A stretch of DNA of 64,000 nt from contig JAEUTH010000039.1 of assembly GCA_016788165.1 (NCBI GenBank), positions 4,267 to 68,266 of the forward strand, in the 5' to 3' direction. The notes under the pieces were generated by a model. The model had not been told where the DNA came from. It did no database searches and saw only the letters and a program-made list of their open reading frames with translations. The DNA comes from Bacteroidia bacterium (GTDB lineage: Bacteria; Bacteroidota; Bacteroidia; AKYH767-A; OLB10). Positions 28,677 to 39,600 of the stretch are shown in pieces; the first letter of the stretch is position 1, and the number at the start of each line of letters is the position of its first letter. A program made the position numbers and the translations under genes.

Positions 28677-31600
28677 ATGAAAACAATACTTACGGCACTT
28701 TGCTTTTGCCTTGCTATTTCTATATCCGCTGCACAAAATGGATTTTCGCATTTATTTAAGCAACAAGCACCATTTAGCATAGCTACAAATAGCCAAACGG
28801 TATTTCTTCAAAATATTGACAGTGGCTATTTTACTTTTTGCAATATTGTTGATACACCCAACACTACCAATGTGTTGGTTACTAAATATAATAATGCAGG
28901 TATGGTAAGCTGGCAAAAAGAAATTGAGTTGCCATATTATATTGAACGTGTAAGGGATGCTGTAGTTTTACCCGATAGCAATCTGATGTTATTATGTACT
29001 TACGAAGAGGCCGGTTTAATCTATGATGAAGAAGTTTATTTGATAAAGCTAAATCCCAATGGCGAAGTTATAAACACACATTTTGTAACTAATACGGGCA
29101 TTTGCTGTTGGGATATTGCCTCTGGTAAGTTGCGTTTAAGCAAAGCAGGCAAAATTATGCTAACACATCAGTCGTTCGGAATTTCTACAGCCAATGGCCT
29201 GGTGCGCATAATGGATACGAACTATGTTTATATTCAAGGCAACAATGATGCATACGCTTTATATCATGCCGATTTTTTTCAGGATGCCGATAGCAATTAT
29301 TTATCTTTTGCATCCGAACCCCTTTCGCAGCTAAAGCGTGCTTCTTTGGTTAAACGTTCTAATAATTTCAATTTTGTTTGGCAAAAACATTATAAACATC
29401 CTGCCATTGCAAACAATAAACTTACGGTTGCAACCGATGTAAAAAGAGTGGGTAACCAATATGTATTGCTTACCAATTTCGAAGATACCAGCGCCTACAA
29501 CAATGTTTGGATAATTAAAACGGATTTAAATGGTGATACCATTGCAACCAAACGATTTATAAATTATCCATTTGCATTTGCAATCGAATCGCATAATACG
29601 GGCGCTTTTGTATTAGCCACCAATGCCACTGATAGCAGCGGCAAGTATTATCTTAAATTGGTTTTATTAGACACCAATTTTAATGAAGTTGCAACCTATA
29701 ATTACAGATATAAAAATTTTAATGAAGCAATAACCAGTTTTAAGCGCGATACAGATGGCAGTTATTTAATAGGACTTAAGACCGATAGCAACAACGTGCG
29801 TTATGCACATTCGCTAAAAGTGGCCCCCGATTTTTGTATTACCCCTAAAGCTTTTTTTAATGTGGGATATAATTCAGGTTTGCAGCCTAACCAAAGCGGT
29901 GTGGTAATTTATAATTTATCGGATGCAGGCATTTGGGATGCAAGTACAACTATTACTATTGATATGGGCGATGGAAACATTTTGCCATTCAACACCGACA
30001 GTTTGTTACATATTTACACTACCCAGGGCACCTATACTGTAACTGTAACTATTACAACCGTGTGTGGATCAAGTACGTACGCCCAAGTTATTACCGTTGC
30101 TTGTACCGGCCAGCCACAGTATTTTACAAGTACACATAATGAGCTACTGGCACAATTTAATTATCAGGGTGCACAGCAAAATTACAACTGGACTTTTGGA
30201 GATGGCAGCACATCAACTCTTCAAAACCCGGTACACACATACGCCAGCCCAGGTACTTATTATGTTTGTTTAAACACCGTCAATGCATGTGGACCAATTG
30301 AATTATGTGACTCAGTGGTGGTTAATTGTGCGGCCATAAACATACCTATTGCTTCAGAGAATAAAGCTTGCATGGGTACGGCAATAACTTTAAATGCAGG
30401 TAATAACGGAAGCACATTTTTTTGGTCAGATGGCAGTACAAACCAGATTTTATCAGTTACTCTGGCTGGTACCTATAGTGTAACTGTTACAAATGCATGT
30501 GGTGTTAGCGCCAACTTAAGCACGAATATTATTTATAGTTCGCTTCCTTTGATTGATATTGGTGCTGATACGATAATGTGTATTTACGATAATGTTACCA
30601 TCAGTAATTTACCGGGCCAATCTTACAACAATAACTGGTTGCTTAATGGTTTTTTGCAAAGCACAGGAAATGCTTTTTATTTTAGCCAAAGCAGTATAGG
30701 TAGCTATAATATTACACTTATTGCCGATAACAATGGTTGCATTGATTCTGTGGATAGAAACATTACCGTATCGCCTACATTAATTTGCGACACGGCAAGC
30801 TATTGCATACCGGCTTATACACAAGGTACTTCAGCAGGCGATTATATTAAACGATTTAGCTTTGGTAGTATTAATAATGTTACCGGTGGTACCGGTTTAG
30901 CGTCTTATAATGATTACACGCATTTGAAAACTACGGTAACAGCTGGGCAAAGTGTTACCCTGCAATTTGATTTTAACGAAACAACACCAATGTATTATCG
31001 GATATGGCTTGATTATAATCAGGATGGCGATTTTGATGTTACCGAAACCATGACATCGGGGGCGGTAACTCAGGGGTTAACAACCTTGTTAACTTCTGTA
31101 TCGGCTAATGCTTATGGTGGCCCAACTCGTTTGCGCATCCGTTGTGCAAACAACAACAACACCAATGTTGATCCATGTATGAATTATGGTTATGGCGAAA
31201 CCGAAGATTATACAATAATTATAAATAATGGCATGGGTGCTCCTATAACGCTGTTTAAAGCCGATACCATGCATATATACCCGGGCGATGCTGTAAATTT
31301 TAGTGACTTGTCGTATAATAATCCAACTGCATGGGTTTGGACTTTTACCGGTGCACAAATACCTACATCTACAAGTAAAAACCCTGCCGGCATTATATAC
31401 AACAACCCCGGTTGTTACCCTGTAACGTTGCAGGCAACAAACAACAATGGCTCCGGGTTTAAAACCGATACCTGCTTTATTTTAGTTGATGTTACACTGG
31501 GTGCGGTTCAAAATATAGGTGCACAGATAACTGTTTTACCCAATCCATTTACCCAACAAATAATTGTAAAAAGTACAATTCATCAAAAAGTAACAGTTAC

Positions 31601-31754
31601 TATATACGACATAAACGGAGCATTAATTTATAATTCAATACACAGCGGTTACGAGTTAATAATACCTGCAATAAATTGGGCTTCGGGGTTATATCATATC
31701 AATATTCATAACGAAGACGGGCAATTGCTAACAACAAAACGGCTTCTTAAATAG
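28677..31754 (+). CDS. T9SS cargo: large multidomain protein (N-terminal repeat/propeller-like region, PKD domains, GEVED domain, T9SS CTD)
   Basis: Signal peptide. PKD motif FGDGSTSTLQNPVHTYASPGTYYVCL. GEVED-type motif YGETEDYTII. A second PKD-like module (FSDLSYNNPTAWVWTF...). CTD ITVLPNPFTQQ...KRLLK (nt ~31527-31751). Starts 20 nt after the preceding cargo gene. Confidence 0.8.
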   Translation: MKTILTALCFCLAISISAAQNGFSHLFKQQAPFSIATNSQTVFLQNIDSGYFTFCNIVDTPNTTNVLVTKYNNAGMVSWQKEIELPYYIERVRDAVVLPDSNLMLLCTYEEAGLIYDEEVYLIKLNPNGEVINTHFVTNTGICCWDIASGKLRLSKAGKIMLTHQSFGISTANGLVRIMDTNYVYIQGNNDAYALYHADFFQDADSNYLSFASEPLSQLKRASLVKRSNNFNFVWQKHYKHPAIANNKLTVATDVKRVGNQYVLLTNFEDTSAYNNVWIIKTDLNGDTIATKRFINYPFAFAIESHNTGAFVLATNATDSSGKYYLKLVLLDTNFNEVATYNYRYKNFNEAITSFKRDTDGSYLIGLKTDSNNVRYAHSLKVAPDFCITPKAFFNVGYNSGLQPNQSGVVIYNLSDAGIWDASTTITIDMGDGNILPFNTDSLLHIYTTQGTYTVTVTITTVCGSSTYAQVITVACTGQPQYFTSTHNELLAQFNYQGAQQNYNWTFGDGSTSTLQNPVHTYASPGTYYVCLNTVNACGPIELCDSVVVNCAAINIPIASENKACMGTAITLNAGNNGSTFFWSDGSTNQILSVTLAGTYSVTVTNACGVSANLSTNIIYSSLPLIDIGADTIMCIYDNVTISNLPGQSYNNNWLLNGFLQSTGNAFYFSQSSIGSYNITLIADNNGCIDSVDRNITVSPTLICDTASYCIPAYTQGTSAGDYIKRFSFGSINNVTGGTGLASYNDYTHLKTTVTAGQSVTLQFDFNETTPMYYRIWLDYNQDGDFDVTETMTSGAVTQGLTTLLTSVSANAYGGPTRLRIRCANNNNTNVDPCMNYGYGETEDYTIIINNGMGAPITLFKADTMHIYPGDAVNFSDLSYNNPTAWVWTFTGAQIPTSTSKNPAGIIYNNPGCYPVTLQATNNNGSGFKTDTCFILVDVTLGAVQNIGAQITVLPNPFTQQIIVKSTIHQKVTVTIYDINGALIYNSIHSGYELIIPAINWASGLYHINIHNEDGQLLTTKRLLK

Positions 31755-31798
31755 CTTTAATTAATTCAGATGGTTATACAGGCAGTTGTGCTAATTAA

Positions 31799-32185
31799 TT
31801 AATTACACTTACCGTTTGTAATCATTAAAAATTCAGGTATTCGAACTTTGAATTTTTTATTGTCGGAAAGTTTTTGCATTTCATACGATCCATACATCTT
31901 GCCTATATCGCAGCTTAAATTACAACCCGATACGTACTTAAAAACCTGACCTGCCATAAGTATAGGTTGTTCTCCCACAACGCCTTCGCCTTCAACTTCG
32001 CGGTGTTGACCATCGGCATCAATAATAATCCAATGCCTGCGCTTTAGTTGTACGGTATGTTCGCTATTGTTCTCGATAGTTATATGATAGGCAAATACAT
32101 AATAATTCAGGCGCGGGTCGCTAAACTGCGGTTGGTAATACGTTTCTACGCTTACCTTAACTCCTCCTGTAATTTTGGTTGCCAT
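31799..32185 (-). CDS. apaG: ApaG (DUF525) protein
   Basis: YVFAYHITIEN...VQLKRRHWIIIDADGQHREVEGEGVVGEQP aligns by eye with E. coli ApaG (YVFAYTVTIRN...[26 protein letters not shown]). Confidence 0.9.
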   Translation of the reverse strand: MATKITGGVKVSVETYYQPQFSDPRLNYYVFAYHITIENNSEHTVQLKRRHWIIIDADGQHREVEGEGVVGEQPILMAGQVFKYVSGCNLSCDIGKMYGSYEMQKLSDNKKFKVRIPEFLMITNGKCN

Positions 32186-32202
32186 TTGTATTTCCTCTTT
32201 TA

Positions 32203-32210
32203 CAAATGTA
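32203..32210 (-). promoter_or_regulatory. putative -7 box TACATTTG (minus strand)
   Basis: The plus strand reads CAAATGTA, 17 nt upstream of ATG 32185. Confidence 0.4.
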
Positions 32211-32350
32211 TTTATTTAAATGCATGCATTACCACCAATTTGCTTTTAAGCAACAATATCTAAATAAGTGATTTTTGTTATAGTTTGGTAAAGTAGCATT
32301 GTTGCATGTAAAGATTTGGCAACAATCTTTTATGCCTTTTTAAATGCTTT

Positions 32351-32358
32351 TATATTTG
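32351..32358 (+). promoter_or_regulatory. putative -7 box TATATTTG
   Basis: Exact TAnnTTTG lying inside the 5' end of the maximal ORF (32344), 24 nt upstream of the internal ATG 32383 that opens a signal peptide. Confidence 0.45.
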
Positions 32359-32382
32359 GCACAGCATAAACTCAAAACTCAG

Positions 32383-34929
32383 ATGATTTTTAAAAATTTA
32401 CTTGCAATAACGGCATACTTACTTTGCACAACTTTTATTAATGTAAAAGAAACAAAAGCGCAAAACAAGCCGGTTGAACCCACAGAAAAAAGGATAGGGG
32501 GAGCAGAAAGGCAACGCCAATATTTTAAACGTTATTATGCACCTTACGATAGAGCAACTGCCGAACGCAATAATGAGTTGTGGCAAAATATTGATGCCAA
32601 TTTCCCATCCGAAAATAATTTGGTTGCAAAATTGGCAGCAATAAATAGTTGGCAATTGTTAGGGCCTTTTGGTGCAAGTCAAACCAATTTGGCCATCTAC
32701 AAATATTCGGGCAGGGTTACCCATCTCGAATTAACTACCAGCAATAATGACGATTTAAAAGTGATGGCGGCAAGCGGTAATCTTTGGAAATATCAACCAA
32801 CCACATTAGTTGGTGAGTGTTTAACCAATGGATTAAATAGTCCGCATGGTGGGGCTTTTGTAACCGACCCAACCAATAGCAATCATATTTTAGTTGGTAC
32901 AGGCGAGCCTCAGGTTGCCGGTGGTACAGGACTTTGGCAAACGTATGATGGCGGCATTACCTGGTCGGCTGTAACAATTACGCCCACACCCGATGCCTTT
33001 TATCATTTGATGTACGACCCGGGTAATAGCCAAAAAATACATGCTGCCACCGAAGCCGGTTATTACAGAAGTGATGATGGTGGTCAAACCTGGACACGTT
33101 ACCGCAGTGGCAATTGTACCGATGTAGTAGTTGATTACATCAACCCTATGCACGTTTATACAGCTTTTTGGAATACAGGTTTGTATAAAAGTACTGATGG
33201 CGGTAATACACACACCGTTATGAATACAGGTGGTGCACCCACCACAACTTTTGGACGCACAGCTTTAGCCATATCGCAGCAAAATTCGGGTACTGTTTAT
33301 GCATGCGTAACAAATAACAGTGGAAACGACACAAAGGGTATTTATAAAACTACCGATGGCGGTGTAACATGGACAACCTGCACCATTTCAGGCAATACAA
33401 ATTTCCATGCAAATCAAGGTTGGTATAACAATGTAATAAGCGTTAGTCCGGTTAACGATAATATTGTTTTAGCTGGTGGTGTAACCATGGTACGGACGCA
33501 AAATGGCACAACCTTTACTTCGGTTGATACCCGCCATGCCGACCAACACGCTGTTGTTTGGAATGCAAACGGTACCGATGTGTTTGTGGGTAACGATGGG
33601 GGTGTTTACCGTTCGGCAAATAGTGGTTTAACTTTTAGTAATACCCTTGTTGCTTATGGTTATAATAATTTACCCATTACACAATACTATCATCTGTCGG
33701 GCGGTAAAAGCGACCCAAATACCATGGGTGCTTCTGCGCAAGATAATGGTGTACACGTAAAATCGGCTACCAATGCATATAACTGGACGGTTATTGCCGG
33801 TGGCGATGGTGCTGCTATTGCAATTAATCCGTTTGATGCAAATGAGTTGATGTACAGTACCGGAGTTTTTTCAGGCTCATTACAATCGCGCAGGTTTTTC
33901 TCAACCGATGGAGGCAGTACATCAACGGATGTAAATACAGGCATTGCAACATGTGACGACTGGTTTCCTGAAGTGCGTGTAGAAGGCCAAAGCAGCATTT
34001 ATTATACAGCTTGTAACCGCAGAGCATATTATACAACTGATTTCGGTCAGAACTGGCAAATATTAAACCCCACACTTTTTCCTTCTGACGTTACAGATTT
34101 TACTGTTGGTGCAAATGTTACCGGTACACCTAATATTTATGCTTGCATGTCATCGGGTACCATTAAACTTATGGTGTACGATAACACAACACTTACATGG
34201 GTTAACCGCACAGCTGGTTTGCCCACTAACACCTATTGCCGCAAAGTTGCACCACATGTAACCGATGCTGATGTTGCTTATGCAGTAATGGGTGGCATAC
34301 CATCAACCGGAGCAGGCAACAAAATTTTTAAAACAACCGACCGTGGAATTACCTGGACTAATGTTAGTGGCAACCTACCTAATGTGGCCTTAAACGATTT
34401 ATTTGCCAACCCGGCCGACCCTAATTATTTATATGTGGCCAGCGAAATTGGTGGCTTTAAAACTACAGATGGTGGTGTAACCTGGAAACGCTGGAATAAT
34501 GGTATGCCTGAAAGCGTTATTATTACTGAATTAGACTACATTGACAGCGTAGCCATTAACGGAAAATTTTATATTACCTGCAGTACATACGGCCGCAGCG
34601 TTTGGATGCGCGAAGTAAGTGGTGACGATCCGGTTACAGCCGGTATTAATTCGATAAGTTCAAGTGCCATTTTTGATTTATATCAAAATAGCAATAACCC
34701 CGGTGGCGATGAAACGTTGATAGGTTTTGCGCTAAAGCAAAATGCTGAGGTTAGTTTAGATTTGTATGATATTTACGGAAACCATGTTGCCAATATGCTT
34801 AAAGGTTTTAAGAACGCAGGTAAACACATGATTAATTTCGACAGAAAACACTTAAAGCGAGGCACTTACTTTTATAAGCTTACATCGGGTAATTATTCGG
34901 CTACTAAAAAAATGGTAGTAGTAAATTAG
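32383..34929 (+). CDS. T9SS cargo: BNR/Asp-box repeat beta-propeller protein (sortilin/GH74-like architecture) with a variant T9SS CTD
   Basis: Signal peptide MIFKNLLAITAYLLCTTFINVKETKAQ. About 10 Asp-box motifs (TYDGGITW, SDDGGQTW, STDGGNTH, TTDGGVTW, STDGGST, TTDFGQNW, TTDRGITW, TTDGGVTW). The C-terminal ~85 aa, LYQNSNNPGGDETLIGFAL...VSLDLYDIYGNHV..., resemble the 'QNYPNPFNP' flavour of the CTD. Confidence 0.75.
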   Translation: MIFKNLLAITAYLLCTTFINVKETKAQNKPVEPTEKRIGGAERQRQYFKRYYAPYDRATAERNNELWQNIDANFPSENNLVAKLAAINSWQLLGPFGASQTNLAIYKYSGRVTHLELTTSNNDDLKVMAASGNLWKYQPTTLVGECLTNGLNSPHGGAFVTDPTNSNHILVGTGEPQVAGGTGLWQTYDGGITWSAVTITPTPDAFYHLMYDPGNSQKIHAATEAGYYRSDDGGQTWTRYRSGNCTDVVVDYINPMHVYTAFWNTGLYKSTDGGNTHTVMNTGGAPTTTFGRTALAISQQNSGTVYACVTNNSGNDTKGIYKTTDGGVTWTTCTISGNTNFHANQGWYNNVISVSPVNDNIVLAGGVTMVRTQNGTTFTSVDTRHADQHAVVWNANGTDVFVGNDGGVYRSANSGLTFSNTLVAYGYNNLPITQYYHLSGGKSDPNTMGASAQDNGVHVKSATNAYNWTVIAGGDGAAIAINPFDANELMYSTGVFSGSLQSRRFFSTDGGSTSTDVNTGIATCDDWFPEVRVEGQSSIYYTACNRRAYYTTDFGQNWQILNPTLFPSDVTDFTVGANVTGTPNIYACMSSGTIKLMVYDNTTLTWVNRTAGLPTNTYCRKVAPHVTDADVAYAVMGGIPSTGAGNKIFKTTDRGITWTNVSGNLPNVALNDLFANPADPNYLYVASEIGGFKTTDGGVTWKRWNNGMPESVIITELDYIDSVAINGKFYITCSTYGRSVWMREVSGDDPVTAGINSISSSAIFDLYQNSNNPGGDETLIGFALKQNAEVSLDLYDIYGNHVANMLKGFKNAGKHMINFDRKHLKRGTYFYKLTSGNYSATKKMVVVN

Positions 34930-34950
34930 TTTTCGCTTCACTCAAAATAT

Positions 34951-34986
34951 AAAGGCCTTCATGCAAATAGCATTATGGCCTTTTTT
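34951..34986 (+). terminator. rho-independent terminator (imperfect stem)
   Basis: AAAGGCC...ATGC-aaata-GCAT...GGCCTTT followed by T6, 22 nt after the stop codon. Confidence 0.6.
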
Positions 34987-35270
34987 AATTCCCCTATGGT
35001 TTCATTGTTTTTGATTGTTATACTTTTTTAAGCATAAATAAATTTTATATAAAGTGAGGTTTCTATGGTTATATGTGAAATTTTTATTTAGCTACAGGAA
35101 GCCGATGCATAAGATTTAGAACACTTTTTAAACTTAGCACGAAAACAATTTTTGAAATAAACAACTGATTTAAAATGAACAACCTAATAGGTGATTTGAA
35201 ATATGCAATAGCATTCGATAGTTTGCTTAAACTACATCAGGTTTTATAGCAAAAAACTAAATGTTTAATT

Positions 35271-35306
35271 AAAAAAAAAGCCGGCCTCTGATCGAAGCCG
35301 GCTTTT
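35271..35306 (-). terminator. rho-independent terminator of porV
   Basis: The minus strand reads AGCCGGC-(11 nt loop)-GCCGGCT followed by T9, 20 nt after the porV stop. Confidence 0.85.
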
Positions 35307-35325
35307 GGCAATTAATTTTAGCTAC

Positions 35326-36543
35326 TTACTCGGTGGTAGTTTCTTTGGCTTTTTTAATTCCTTTATTAAAATCGAATGATAAAGAAAAACGTAATGTGTT
35401 TTCTAATGGATTGCGTTGTTGGGTGGGGATTAAGTATGCAAAATCAAGTCCAAAAATATTGTATCGAACGCCAACACCAACGGTAAAAAACTGACGGTTT
35501 CCTTTGTCGGCCGATTCATGAAAATAGCCGGTACGGAATGCAAATTGTTTATCGTACCAGTATTCAAAACCCAATTGCCAAATAATTTCTTTTAATTCTT
35601 CGCTAAAGCCATCAGGTGCATCGCTAAACGATTGAAACATACCTTTTGCAACACCTACATTGGGATCTTTGCCATGCAAAATAAACGTATTGCCCGATGT
35701 GTCGGTTGCGTATATGGGAGGTGTTGGTACCAGTAGTTTACTAAACTCTAAATGAGCCGAGATTGTATTGTAATCGTTTAACTCTAATTGTAATCCGGTA
35801 CCCATGCGCATATTGGTTGGTATAAAATCTTTTATGCCCGTTTCGCTGTACGAAATCTTATTTCCAATATTTGTAATTGTTCCGCCAACGGTTATAGTGG
35901 CATCTTTACCGGCAACTTCACTTTCGTGTAGCCAATAAACACCTAAGTCGGCAGCAACGGCTTGACCTGCACGGGTTTGCGCACCTTGCACTTCAATGCC
36001 TCCGGTTAAATTCGAATTAATGTATCTAAGCGTTAATCCTCCCGAAATTTCTTCGCCCAATTTACGTGCATAAGCAATGTCAATTGCAAATTCATTGGGA
36101 TTAAACTGTCCGGTAACATTGCCTACTACATCGGTAAAAGTTATATTGCCTAATGAAAAGTATCGTAACGAACCGGAAATAGTTTGGTCGTTTTTAAGTT
36201 TTTTAAATCCACTTAAATATGCCAAACTAATATCAGGTACTAAGCTACGTAACCAAGGTGTATAGGAAATACCAATACCTCCGGTATTTGATGAAAAAGG
36301 CAACTTAGCCACATTCCAGTGATTGCTATTTACATCAGGCGATGTTGAAACGCCAACTTCGCCCATGCCGCCTGCACGCGAATCGGGGCAGATAAGTAAA
36401 AAAGGTACAGCAGTAGTTATGGTATTAATACCACCTAAAAGCTGGCTGGTGTTTAGTGTGTCTTGCGCATTTAGCGAACTAGTTGCCATAGTACTGCAAG
36501 CGCAAATGGCTGTGAAAATGCGTGCTAATGTGTTACTTGTCAT
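35326..36543 (-). CDS. porV: type IX secretion system outer-membrane channel/shuttle protein PorV (LptO)
   Basis: About 405 aa beta-barrel. N-terminal region ...GGINTITTAVPFLLICPDSRAGGMGEVGVSTSPD is typical of PorV. It lies immediately downstream of porU, as in other Bacteroidota. The ATG at 36543 is preferred over the TTG at 36546. Confidence 0.85.
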   Translation of the reverse strand: MTSNTLARIFTAICACSTMATSSLNAQDTLNTSQLLGGINTITTAVPFLLICPDSRAGGMGEVGVSTSPDVNSNHWNVAKLPFSSNTGGIGISYTPWLRSLVPDISLAYLSGFKKLKNDQTISGSLRYFSLGNITFTDVVGNVTGQFNPNEFAIDIAYARKLGEEISGGLTLRYINSNLTGGIEVQGAQTRAGQAVAADLGVYWLHESEVAGKDATITVGGTITNIGNKISYSETGIKDFIPTNMRMGTGLQLELNDYNTISAHLEFSKLLVPTPPIYATDTSGNTFILHGKDPNVGVAKGMFQSFSDAPDGFSEELKEIIWQLGFEYWYDKQFAFRTGYFHESADKGNRQFFTVGVGVRYNIFGLDFAYLIPTQQRNPLENTLRFSLSFDFNKGIKKAKETTTE

Positions 36544-36676
36544 CAAAATAGGTTTAAAATAAAGGGTGGCGAATATAAAGGTTGTTTTTTAAAAAGGGTT
36601 GCAAAATACGCTTAATACATGGTTTTGTGTTAAGCGATAATTTGCGGCAAAAATTGTTATTGCAAATGATAATTTA

Positions 36677-39600
36677 TTAACGAAGTATTACCAGTTTTTC
36701 AATTTTATCGGCACTTTGGCCTTCGGCCGATGTTACTTTAAGTTTATAAATGTAAACGCCTTTGCCTATTGGGTCGCCAAAGTCATCGCGGCCATCCCAG
36801 GCAATACCATCTAATCGATAGCCCTGGCAATCAACATATTGGCTCAGGTTTTTAATAAGCTTTCCCGATAGGGTAAAAATCTTAATATCAACCAGCAAAG
36901 TTTGGCAAGTTAGGTTGTGTTCGAAAAAGAAACGTGTGTTGGTAGTAAATGGATTTGGGTAGTTAAGTACCCTGTCTATAACCATACCGGCCGATTCGGC
37001 AACGGTAAATTCAGTATAGGCATCGCTTGAGTTGTTATGTATATCCCATACTTTTATTTTTAATGCATGTCGGCCGGGGGGTAATAATTCAAGCGGGTAT
37101 ATTACTTTACCACTACTATAAGAATTCAAATTACTTTGATAGTAATCGTTTACATTAAAAATTTTATTTGCATCGTCATTTACCGTCACTGTAATATCGT
37201 GCCCAATACCGTTGCCAACCGTGTTTATACCGCTTGAGTCGGCAACCAATGCATATACAACAGGGTTATTATTTGTTAAGCCACCAAACACAAATTTCTC
37301 ATTGTTTAAATACAGCTTAACCTCTGGGCCTAACTTATCAGCAACAGCCGAAGTATTTATGCCACCTATTTTAATGTTGGTATTAAATCCGCTGCCATCT
37401 TCAAAACCATTTTGAACATAAAAACTGATACGGCCATGGCCCGTGTTATATTTAATGTCTTTAGGTACGATAAATGTAAATTCAAATGCCCCATTGGTAA
37501 CACTTACTTTACCTTTATACAATATGTTTTTTTGAATTTGATAATTAAAGTTACCGCTTTGATTATTACCGGTCGAATCGTTTCTTAGTGTTTTTAGCGA
37601 GTCCATTTTATCATAAACGGTTGGATAAACGATGCCATTATAGTTTGACAGTTTATTTCCGGCAGCATCTTGTACTTCGCCTTTAATGGTAACGGTACCT
37701 AATGCTTTTAATGTATCGGTTGCAGTATTTATGTTTTGACCATTTAGTTGTGTGGCTGCTACTTTTAATTTGGGATATACCATTTGCACGGCTGGGTCGC
37801 CCAAGAGTGCAAAATTGCGTTGACCGGGGTCGTTAGATGTTTGTCTTTTTGCGGCACTAAATATGTCGCCTAATCGGGGATATTTTCCATTTTTTAATGA
37901 AAACATACTGTCAATCATTGCAGCATTAATATTTTCGTTTGTAAACGAATATGCTAAACGTGTAGTTGTAAAAAGTGCAACTGCCCCTGCAGAACTGTTA
38001 ACCAAACACAATTCGCCTGCCGAAGTACGTGAGGGATCGTCATAACGGCTAAACTCGCATGTGGCAGTAATAAAAACAGGCAACTTGGCTTTGTTTTTCC
38101 AGCTGCGTATATCGGCTATTTCTAAAACACGTTCTTCTGTCCAGCCAAGTTCGCCACCATGTCCGGTGTAATTTAAAAGAAGTGCGCCTTTTTCTACGCG
38201 TTTGTTTATAGCATCTTTTACGGCCGGATATCGTTGGCCTCCAGGTGTAGATACTTGCTGAAAACCATCGAGATAAATTTTATCAATATTGTAAACAGGT
38301 GCTTTTGCCTTGGCCTTATTAGCTAATTTATCGGCTGAGTTTACATGCAAAACACCGTCCTGGTCATCGGCAATAAAACAAAGTGTGTTGCGCCAATCGC
38401 CCATGGTTGTTGCATCGGTATTGCAGGCGGTTTCGTCAACTATTTTGCCGGGCAATGATTGGTAGTTTATAATTTTGTCAACTACCATTTGCGCCTCTTC
38501 TACATTGTTTGCCGGTATGCGTCCAATGCCCATATCAGGTTCTTCAGTGGTAGTCCATAATCCTTCGTTATCATCTAATAAGCCAAAAAAATCGTCACTG
38601 CAATAACTGGCAGTAGGCGAGCAAGAGTTTTCACTTTGATAGGAAACAATATAATTATTGGCTTTGTAAAGGATGTATTTATTGTCGTAAGTACCATCAC
38701 CAAAAAGCAATAAGTAATGAGGCATTTCGGCATTGTTTGCAGCTCTGTCGTAAAACATTTTACAAAAATCTCGTATAGCACTAACATCGGCTGCGCCTGA
38801 TGAAAACTCGTTAAATACCTGCACATCGGTAACAACAGCAACGCTTAAAGTATCAAAGTTGCGATGAAATTCGGCCAAGCGGTTTGCTTCAGCCAAATAA
38901 GCCGGTGTTGTTACAATTAGCATGTTTACTTGAGAAATACCATGTAAGTTTTGATTGGCCACTTGCCCGAATGCTGTTGCATTTTTATAGGCATTTGAAT
39001 TAAATGCGAAATACTGATGTAAAGTATCGCTTTGTGCGGTAAAGGTTACCAAGCCTCCGGTGTTATTATGCCCTTGATTTTTTACATCCCAGGGTGTGGT
39101 AACATCCCAAAGATAGTAGCTGGATGTGGGCATATTGCCAAGCTCAAAAAGAGCGGTGTTACCCGGTGCTACTGTGGTTTTTTCTCTGAAAGCAATTTCG
39201 TTTCCTGTAAAAACCAAATTACGTTTTACGTTTAAATCAATGTAATTTAGCCAGGCATTGGCAGGTTGGTAAATAGCGCTAAACGAAAATCGCAGGTCAA
39301 TGTTACTGGATGTAGGAGCAAATGAGGTACTGGTTCCAACTACAGGTACTGCACAATAGGGTTGTGTAAAATCGTCTAATACCGATGCAATTTTTGTGTC
39401 TAAAAGTTGTCCTCCGTTGTAAGTAACTTTTATGCTTGAGCCGTTGGCGCCACCTTTAAAGCTACGGCCGGCTACATCAATTTTTAAGAAAGCCTGACTA
39501 CCGGCAACTACATTAGAAAAATTAAATGAAAAATCTTGTGTAGGTTGTACATCAAACGGATTTCCATACCATGTGCGGCCTGATTTAATTAAATTGTATT

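Noticed and set aside
32383-34929. Calling the Asp-box propeller protein PorZ
   Set aside because: Position next to porV/porU and the two-propeller size are suggestive. However, Asp-box (BNR) repeats point to sortilin/GH74-type propellers rather than the PorZ family as I recall it. No family-specific motif could be checked, so the gene is kept as generic cargo with a flagged hypothesis.
35175-35249. 24-codon ORF (MNNLIGDLKYAIAFDSLLKLHQVL) in the spacer before porV
   Set aside because: It is too short and has no promoter box upstream, no hydrophobic or Cys pattern, and no supporting evidence.
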